DNA of 19,567 bases from contig JANKJI020000002.1 in the NCBI GenBank assembly GCA_024626585.2, positions 165,428,721-165,448,287 of the forward strand. The letters are read 5' to 3'. Below the pieces are notes generated by a model, which saw only the letters and a program-made list of their open reading frames with translations, was not told the origin of the DNA and searched no databases. This document shows positions 10,755 through 19,567 of this stretch, piece by piece. Origin of the DNA: Ginkgo biloba. Lineage: Eukaryota; Plantae; Ginkgophyta. Every line of letters begins with the position of its first letter. The first letter of the stretch is position 1. The translations under genes were made by a program, and so were the position numbers.

Positions 10755-12300
10755 TAGGTGGGGCTTATGGGATACTGAGGAGAGGAGGGTTGCCTATACT
10801 TCTATATCTCCATGTAGGGACATAGTATAAAAATATATGGGATCCATTGATGGTTCTACCACGTATGGAATATTATTAGTGGCTTGGATATGTAGGGGGA
10901 GATTTTTCTTCCATGTAAGTGACCTCAGAGGGATGTGTAATTTATTGGGTTAGTCCCACCTTAACTTCCTCCTTGGTTAGCCCAAGAATTTTCTCTTTAG
11001 ATTACCTCATAGGAGGGGATAAGATAAGTTTAGCTTCACTAGAAGAAGCAATTGCTAATTTATTTTGTTTTATTCCTAGTATCTCAACCTACATGGTGGG
11101 CTTAAGGAGTTGACTCACCAAGGGAAGAGATATAAGATATGTCTTAATTGTGACAATTATGACTTATTTATCAATTGTATGATCTAACTCCATTTTGATT
11201 TAACTCATCTCCTGGGATAAGGACATTAGGAATTTAATTGGAAAAATAAGGTCCTAAATATTTGATTGTGATGATGTAGTAAATTATAGTGTATTGTCAA
11301 GGGTAGCTTCATACATTCTTATTACGTTTGGATCTTTTTGTACTAATTGGAAGGTATTCAACTATTTTCCAAAGTAGGCTTCCCTTTCTACTGAAGCTAA
11401 TGATTCCAAGGAGCTAACCTCTTTTCCATGTTGTCATAAGATCACTTCCCTACTTGTCTATTACTTTGCATACATAATTCTTGAGATATCTTGACAAAAT
11501 TTATTTAAGGTCAGCTTATTCATAGTGAGATGCTTATGTGATTCTATTAGATTTGTTAATTGGGGTCTTGGTAATTGTTCTTCTTTTGGATCTTTATCAA
11601 TGCTCTGCATCATTTTCCATTTGATCCTACCAACATTATCTCTCATTGAGGTCAACTACTTTTATACAGTACTTACAAGTTGAACTGGGGTGGCCATTAT
11701 TCTTCAAATCTCATCCACATTATTGGATATTTCTTGGTCCTTTTGTTCTTCCTCAAGGTAGATCTCATCTATGACCCTCCCCTTCTCTTGCAATTGTCTC
11801 TCTATGGCTTTGCATTCCCCCTAAAGTATAAGAATCTATAATTCTAAATGAGAAAACTTAGTTTGCACTTTTGGATAAAGTGGAGCTATTTACTTCATCC
11901 TTAATGCCTTTTGTCTTAAAAGATGTATATGAGGACAGAGGTTAGATTGAATTTTCATAATCAAGGTGGATTTCTCCTCTGATGGTAGGGTGTCCAATAT
12001 GATGATCTTATACAACAACAAAGTATGTTTCTCATTTAGAGATTCTCATTCCTTTTGGGCCTGGCTAGCTTGAAGGATCAATTTGAGCTCTAATTCCTCC
12101 ACTCTTCTTGTTAATTCTTGGGTTGTTCTAGTGATCAATTGCTAGCCTCTTCTATATTTAGGGCGTAATTGGAGATTTAGACAATTGGATTAAAATGACC
12201 CTTCCTTTTCTCCTTGACACTCAGTAGGGTAGGGGGTTGAACAATTATTGAAGAGGATTGTATGGAAGGGTCTGTCTTAGAAATAACCTAACACCATTGC
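10755..12300 (-). pseudogene. Decayed coiled-coil/charged ORF relic, probably a retrotransposon accessory ORF
   Basis: Purine-rich minus strand with fragments such as QELTRRVEELELKLILQASQAQKE and ORF 11461-11655. No recognisable domain. Confidence 0.35.
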
Positions 12301-13513
12301 GTTAAGGATATTTGTGCGACTATAGATTAAATAGAAGTGGGGGCAACCATGTTTATTAGACTTAAATACAGGAGCATTGTAGTTACCATATTATNNNNNN
12401 NNNNNNNNNNNNNNNNNNNNNNNNNNNNNNNNNNNNNNNNNNNNNNNNNNNNNNNNNNNNNNNNNNNNNNNNNNNNNNNNNNNNNNNNNNNNNNAGAACA
12501 AGGATACAATGGCTACGTAGTTGGCCAAATGGGAATCATATATTTTCACTAAGGATATGTTGAAGGCCATAGAGGAGAGCCTCCATGGCTTGGGAGCAAT
12601 AGTGCAGGCAATACACAAGGATTTACGTTCAATGAAAGAAGTTGTGTAGGGCATATCGATGGCATCCCTCCACATAATGCACGATTTGGAGCATCTCTGT
12701 TGTAAAATAGGCCACTGTCCTCACATAGTGGTGAAGAAGTCCCCTTGTGTTACCAACAATCTAGTGGATCAACGCCTGGAGGAAGAGATTACGGAGAGTG
12801 ACTAGCATTTTGGCATCTCTTATTTTAACCAGGGTATGTACCTTCTCTAGATGTTTGTTAATCTCATATTTTCTATCCTTGTTTTCCTTAGCAAGTGTTT
12901 CAATGTTATAAGTTTCACTAGCTTCTGAATCTCTCTTGCTAGAAAGGATTCCTTTAAGGTTTCTTTTCTAGCTTAAGAGTTCATGTTTGTATTGAACCTA
13001 TGTGGAAGGTCACGAGTGCAAAGCATTTATCATGAACACCTTTGCACAATGCACTAAGAGCACAGTGGACCTTGGTGGAGGTCTACAAGTGGGCAATCAC
13101 TTTGGAAGGCCACTCAATTTGAGACTTGAAAACAAGGATTTCATGATATTTATTTTCAAGATATTTTGGTATCACAATAATTAGTGTTCTTCTCGACCCT
13201 TCATATACATAGAGGTGTAAATGTTTTTTTATAATTTGTAACAATGGTTCTTGCAATTTGAAAATGTTGAACCTTTAAATATGTTCTCAATTGAGAGATC
13301 CATCATATCCTAGTTTACAACTAAACTTTATGCACGATATCTAATTGGTAAACTCTAACAAGAGCTCCAAGTCGACCCTTAAAATCATTAAAAGGTATGT
13401 ATTATGACATTGGGGCAAGTGAATTACTATTCCAAATATCAATCTCATGGTTGTAAGTCAAATGACCTCATTGTAAGATTTTTTGGAGAGCAATCATATT
13501 TATTGAAATTATT

Positions 13514-14060
13514 GAGAGGGGCATTGTTGTTACCATATTTTGTAAGGTATTGAGAGATAGAGATGTAGTTATGGAATCTAGGTTATGGGAAATATCAACA
13601 GAGGATGAAATGTTAGAATACTTTTATCGTTCTTCATTTTATTTAGCCCTTTGATCTCACCTAATTTCTATTTATTTAGCTTGCCGTCATCTACTTCCTT
13701 TCGCTTAGCACAATCATATTTTCTAGTATGGATGGAATGACCCTAGGCTACAAATTGAGATCTTGAATATTTTTGTTTTGACATTTTAGAAACTTGGGCA
13801 AAGGACTTACTCTTATATTTTTCCTTCCCAATGGCAATTGATTTCTCCTATATTTTTGGGAATATAATTAGTATAAATTATAGGTATGATCATGCTAGGT
13901 TATAGGGTTACTTCACAAAATATGCCATATTACTTATCTAGTAATTACATTATACCATTGAAGAAGTCATTGGGTGATTGATGACCTGAATTCTTTATGG
14001 TTGAGGGTTAGAGTTCATTGAATATTTTTCTTTAAATGTTTAGATGATATATTCTATCTA
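13514..14060 (+). mobile_element. PPT and start of a plus-strand LTR (Tat/Ogre/Athila-like)
   Basis: gagaggggc-at-TGTTGTTACC, with TG at 13525. A near-identical gcattgtagttaccatatt occurs at 12374. TATA-like tataaat lies near 13873. The right boundary is uncertain. Confidence 0.4.
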
Positions 14061-14099
14061 TCCAGGTTAGGACCAGGATGGAATAGGTTTTTTATCGTC

Positions 14100-15030
14100 G
14101 AACACTCCTAATAGAGATGAATAAGTCATCTTATCATATTCTATACATTAAAGTTACCTCCATTACTTTTTTATGTTTTTAGGAACATGTATTCTTCTTT
14201 TCAGGCCATCATATAGCCATCGTAAAACTATGTAAGAATTTCCCAAATAGGCCATAATAATTTTATCTTTTCCTTGACCGTTCCTTATCTATAGATGTGT
14301 GTATAGATTCAATTAGGGCCAAGATGTTGGGTCAATCCACACAGGAGGTTCTAGAGTTTCCATACAAATCGTGGCAATCAAAGAAGGCATAGGAAACAAG
14401 TGGCCCGACATTTGAGAAGCAATACATTATTTTTTAAGTTTATCGGTTAATTAAGGGGGGCAAGCATAGAGATGACATGTAACCACTTTTATGGTTACAA
14501 AGACCTAGTATAAGCTTATATATACATTGGCATCTCAACAAGTTAATTACCTGGTTATAATGCAAGTAGCCCATTTAGCCCCTTCATCGATGATATGATC
14601 GATATGAAAGCCATTAGACTTGCTCCATACATCTACCTTATTACAACTAGGGTACAATTTTTAGATGACCCAATCTTTATTAACTCCTTTGGCATCTTCC
14701 TTAAGGTCAACCGTAATGCCTTCCATGGGAAGTCTAGTTATTCCTACTACCAATTATCCATTAATATGGACAACATAATTTTAAAACTAGGACACTCCTG
14801 CTTCAAAGTGATAGATCATTTCTATCACCATAGGATACAAGAGGTATAACAATGGCACCACTGCATAATCAAGTATTTTGGTCCATTATAATGTCGTGCA
14901 TACTAGATTGTGCTGACCATTTTCATTCACTTCAAAGAATAACTTCTATTTTTGGGCGTAATGGTCCAAATGATCTTTGACTATAGTTACCCAAAAGGAT
15001 TTAATAGCCATACTACTTTAAACACTCCTT
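14100..15030 (-). pseudogene. Possible degenerate LINE (L1-like) ORF2 C-terminal region
   Basis: The minus strand near 14370-14430 gives CIASQM / VSYAFFDC across a frameshift, resembling zf-RVT CxxC..ETxxHxFFxC. Trp-containing fragments KSFWVTIVKDH and DVWSKS lie upstream. Weak evidence. Confidence 0.3.
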
Positions 15031-15659
15031 AGCTAAAATAATGGTTAGGATGACTCTGTTCTTTTATGTCGTACACTTTCATAAATATAACTAACTGGGA
15101 GTAAAGTAGGCCTATGACAAATTCATATAGAAAATGAACAAGAATTTCAAACGAATTAGAATGACTTGGTAAAGTAGGAACACAAACACAGAGAAAGAAG
15201 AATACTCTTTTGGGTATGTACAAAGCTTTCTTAGTAGGAATATTTATAAGTCTAAAGGCCTAATTTTTTATGTAACACTAGGGGTGAGTGGCACACATAT
15301 GATTATTAAGGGAAGGGATGATTGTGAGAGTTAATGGTTCTNNNNNNNNNNNNNNNNNNNNNNNNNNNNNNNNNNNNNNNNNNNNNNNNNNATTCCTTTA
15401 GCTTCCAGTGAGGCATTAAAAAAGGCACCTTATACATTCTTACTATCTTCACCATTAATTATTGCCGTGGCCTCATTACTTCACTGGGTTGTGGACTCCT
15501 TATCCTACTTTATATTTGGTTCCCTGACTGAGTAAGGGATTAAGGGGGACCTGGGAAGAAGTACATAACTCCCTTGATTTGTTGTGATTTGCCTCTTCCT
15601 GTCTGTATAGGAGTTAAGGGGGTCTTACCTGTCAGGTCACTCCTTGGTTGAATTAAGGA

Positions 15660-16564
15660 GTGAGAAGGGACCCAGGAAATAATTACTCTCCTACCTTGGG
15701 GATCCCTCTTTGGTTGAGTTAGGACACATATTTCTAGGGAGCGACTATTCCCTGGTCTAGACACCACTCCCTGGTAAACCTAGGAATCACCATGGTCACC
15801 TAAGAGGTAGTTAAACTCATGCAAGGATCTTCAATCTTCATTAATACTCTACCTCAATTAAGCTACCCTACATCCCAATACATATGGGCCATGATGTGAT
15901 CAGTAATTTTCTCAAAAAGTGTGATTACGTAATGGCCTTTAAAGACTTAAGAAGATTAATGAATTTTATAACTTCTATAAATCCCAGAGACTAGATAAGG
16001 GACATGCATAGGAGTGAATCTAGAGTTTGGGGGGATTCTGTTGAGGACAAATATCTAAATCACTATGAAGGGGGAAGCGTTAAATTTTTAGTGTGTGGCT
16101 TTGAGGCTATAAAAAAGGTGATATAAGAGGTGCGGGCAAAATGATTGCGAGTGGTTGAGGTTGCACATTGGGCCTACCCTGCTCCTTTCTTATGCAAGCA
16201 GGTCATGTAGTTCTTCCAGATATGGCTATGCAATGTTAGGATACTAAAATGAGTGTAATTAGAAAGAAAGATGGACAAGAAGGTATTTGGTGCGGGGAGT
16301 CAACTACTAACACAGCTTACTTGATAGAAGTGGTTACTTTCCCATTGATGGGGATGAGTGATGTGACTTCATTATGGACCTATTATCGATGATAAATGCT
16401 TTAACACCTAATGTTATCAATTTCCTTTAGTAGGTTCATCTCCCCTAGATGAAATAGATAACCACAATGACTTGAAAGACTTAACCCCATATTTTGGTCT
16501 TTCATGGTGTCAACGTAGTTGTTGGAGGATTTGTAAAGAGATAGATGAGGGAAGAGGGAAGAGG
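15660..16564 (-). pseudogene. Unidentified ORF relic, copy A
   Basis: Colinear with 16665-17690. Peptides MNLLKEIDNIRC, SNYTH, IRKEQ, QSHTLKI, ITLFEKITDHIMAHMYW and VIPRFTREWCLDQGIVAP. Confidence 0.55.
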
Positions 16565-16664
16565 NNNNNNNNNNNNNNNNNNNNNNNNNNNNNNNNNNNN
16601 NNNNNNNNNNNNNNNNNNNNNNNNNNNNNNNNNNNNNNNNNNNNNNNNNNNNNNNNNNNNNNNN

Positions 16665-17690
16665 GTGAGAGGGATCCCAAGGAAGAGTATACAACTCCCT
16701 TACTTTGATGTGACTTATTGCTTCCTATATGAATGGATATTAAAGGGGCCTTGATTACAACTTCTCTCCCTATTCAAGTTAGGGAGAGTAGTTCTATTAT
16801 AGAAGCATGGCTCCCTTTCTTTGAATATCTTTTTCTAGTTGATCTAAGGTGAAGAAGATTCTAGGGAGTGATCACTTCTTGCTCTGAACACTACTCCCTG
16901 ATAAAACTAGGAATCATGATACTCACCTAGGAGGCACTCAAATCCATGATAATATATTTGGTCCATAAATTTAATGTACTTATATTATACTTTTATGCTT
17001 CCTAATACATATGATCCATATTATGATCTATGGGTTTTTCCTTTTTAAAAAGAGTGATCATCAAAGGGACTTCAAATGCACTATAAGATTTATAAACTTT
17101 GACATTTATATAAATCCATAGAGATGGCTAAGGGATATGCATGATATGACACCATAAGTCATAAAATTATGCTATAAAATGGTATTTATAGGAGATAAGG
17201 GTGTAACACCAAATTTTTAGTGTATGACTATGAGGATATGAGAATGATGGAATGGGAGATGTGGGAAATATGGATGCAAAATTTGAAGGTACAGCCTTGG
17301 GTTTAACCTACTCCTTTCTTATGTGAGTAGGTTGTATGGTTATTTTGATTATGGTTATGTTACAAAAAGAGAATGTAATGAGTGTAATTGGAAACAAAGA
17401 TGAATTATTAGGGGTTTGATGCAAGGATATTATCTGTGAGAACCATCTCCCTTAACATAAGAAATTTCCTTCCCTATGCTAAGGATGGGCAATGAGACTT
17501 CATTATATACCTCTTCTCAATTATGCATGTTCTAGTACCTTATGTGATCTACTTCTTTTGGTAGGTTCATCCCTTTGGTGGATTGGATAGATGATCTAAC
17601 CTACAAGTTCTAATCCATGTACTAATTTATTATGGTATTGGTGAAAGTATCGTAGGATCTACAAGGAAGTTGATGAGGAGGGAGGAGTAT
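16665..17690 (-). pseudogene. Unidentified ORF relic, copy B
   Basis: Peptides MNLPKEVDHIRY, SNYTH, IRKE*, HSHTLKI, ITLFK..DHNMDHMY* and MIPSFIRE*CSEQEVITP. Offset about 1130 from copy A. Confidence 0.55.
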
Positions 17691-18284
17691 TAAGATACTT
17701 CACCATTGACAAAATATCTTCCTCAAATGAGCCAGACCCTCGAAAAGAGAATTTTGTAGTTAGGACATGTGGAATGTGGCCCCATCTTGTGAACTCTAAA
17801 TATGGTCTATAGGGATGAAAATGTGGAGGCTATAGAGTGCTCATAGATTTTTTTATTTTAACCATGTGCATACCTACCTCCTAGGGGTGTATCTATATCG
17901 AGGAGGAACTCTAGTATTAGAACTTATTTTCTATAATTATGCTCCATCTATGATCTATGAGGATGTCATATATAATAGGAATCTTGCTTATAATACTTCA
18001 TCATCTAATGGAAGTTATTATAACTAGTCTTTTATGTAATGTCACTTTCTACAACTGTCTTTTTTTAGAGTCACTTCAAAACATACAACTAGTATAATAT
18101 CATATGGGGCACCCTTTTAAGGGGTCAATAAGTGGCCTCCTTGGTGGGAATTAACCCCAAAAGGTTATGTAAGACCATAATAAGTATTTGTTTATTAATA
18201 AAATTGACAAAACTGAATAAACTAAAAACACAATGCATATATATAAAATTTACATCAGAATTTCCATAAAAAAATATTATTGAT

Positions 18285-18900
18285 AGAAAGTTTTTAGATA
18301 TTTCCCATTGACTAGAATGGGAAAAATTTCTCCCTCAAGATTATTTAGTTTGAATGCATTTTTGTTCATCATCTCCATCACTTAAAAGGGCCCAAGACAA
18401 AGGAAATCAAACTTATTATATGCTCCTAATTTATCCCTTGCTTTATCCCATATCAAAACCTTGTCACCAAGCTTAAAATTCTTATGAGATACCATCCTTT
18501 TATCAAAATATTTTTTGATTTTTTATTGGTATCTTTGAAACCATCATTGAGTTTATTCTCTCTTTTATTTTAGATTCAAAAGGTGTAGTAGTCTTTTTTT
18601 CACTGGAGATATATCATTTAAATCAAATTTGGCCAACTGTATAGCAACCCATGAGATGTTAGTGGGAAGAACTACCTCTTTACCACACACCAACAAAAAT
18701 GGGAAATATACAATAAACTCATTTGGAGAAATCCTCTCATCCCACAAGGCTTGTTGAAGCTTCAGATTCCAATCTCTTTAGTTTTTTTTAATAGTTCTCT
18801 TCAGAATTATGATCAGATTTTTTTTTGTCACCTCTACTAATCCATTCTCTTGTGGATATTAATTTGAAGATGACTTGTTCTTGCAGTTCATAAGTAGCTT
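18285..18900 (-). pseudogene. Degenerate Ty3/gypsy integrase C-terminal half (non-chromovirus, Tat/Ogre-like)
   Basis: Minus strand gives ..PQENGLVEVT..NLIIILKRTIKK..DWNLKLQQALWDERISP..PFLLVCGKEVVLP, then FKLGDKVLIWDKARDKLGAYNKFDF..LGPF (GPY/F motif), ending PILVNGKYLKNF. Confidence 0.88.
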
Positions 18901-19019
18901 ATTTACTCTTTAGTAAGGTTAATAGCCCATAGACCTTTTCGACCCTTGTGAGAGAAAAAAAGCATATTACCCAGTGACTACCCAAAGATAAGGTTGGATC
19001 ATAATTTGTGGTATCGAAT

Positions 19020-19567
19020 CACTGTTTAATAGCCAGTGTCTCTATCATCCACAAGTTTTAAAATTCAACCGGCATTCAATCCGCATATGTAAACATGCAT
19101 GCACTAACAATGAAGTCAAAGAGGCATCGGCATTATCACATAATGTATTGCAACTAGTTAACATTATGATCAGATTTTCATGCCAAGCATTAAAGGGCTT
19201 ACTACATGATATGAACATTAAGTGCTTGAACAAATACCCACAATAATAGGATTAGATGGTCTTAGGACTTTTTCCTAACATGCTTAGTCAACTTGATGTC
19301 AAAACTAGGTATTTGTGTTATTGATTACTATGCATTTATGTTATTTGTAGTTATAAACATGTTTGCTTGTAGTAAGTCAATAAAAAAGATACAATTAAGA
19401 GTTAAACAATGTTTAGTTGCAGTTAGTTGGTGGTTATGGCTTGTGTCTCTAACTAGCAAAGTATTATAAATTAGACATTGATTCAATCATTGCAATTTAT
19501 GTCAGAGCCAACTTTGAGATCAGATATGTATGAGAGATGTGTCAGTTTGACTCTTTTTGATGTATCA
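19020..19567 (+). mobile_element. Probable LTR-derived non-coding sequence truncating the integrase
   Basis: Integrase similarity is lost beyond about 18900-18960. LTR-end-like ...ttcctaaca near 19280 and TATA-like tataaat near 19465. Boundaries are not resolved. Confidence 0.3.

Noticed and set aside
15660-17690. LTR pair or haplotype assembly duplication
   Set aside because: No TG..CA termini, PBS or PPT. The copies are far too diverged to be alleles and share peptide-level blocks.
19008-19018. PBS-like tggtatcga on the plus strand
   Set aside because: It is only a short partial match, not preceded by an LTR CA end, and no gag follows.

Overview
AT-rich, CpG-depleted eukaryotic DNA with ten assembly N-gaps and no intact gene. 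It reads as a nest of decayed plant retrotransposons; the peptide motifs resemble gymnosperm/conifer Ty3/gypsy families (inference). Left to right: (1) a minus-strand gag-protease relic (1-1560). (2) A minus-strand LTR element with two diverged LTR copies (1796-2759 and about 4654-6716), a PPT, a degenerate tRNA-Met PBS and no visible pol. Each LTR carries an 11-unit, ~30-bp-period array of a decayed palindrome ACCGAC-GAT-GTCGGT. (3) A minus-strand chromovirus-like gag-PR-RT-RNaseH relic (about 7180-9500) with PBS and 5' LTR but no integrase. (4) Coiled-coil-like ORF relics and a plus-strand PPT/LTR (10755-14060). (5) A possible LINE ORF2 tail. (6) Two diverged tandem copies of an unidentified ORF relic lying 3' of (7) a Tat/Ogre-like integrase relic (18285-18900). 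Most long ORFs in the supplied track are read-throughs of N runs. I see no prokaryotic system or true CRISPR. All alignments and translations were done by eye.
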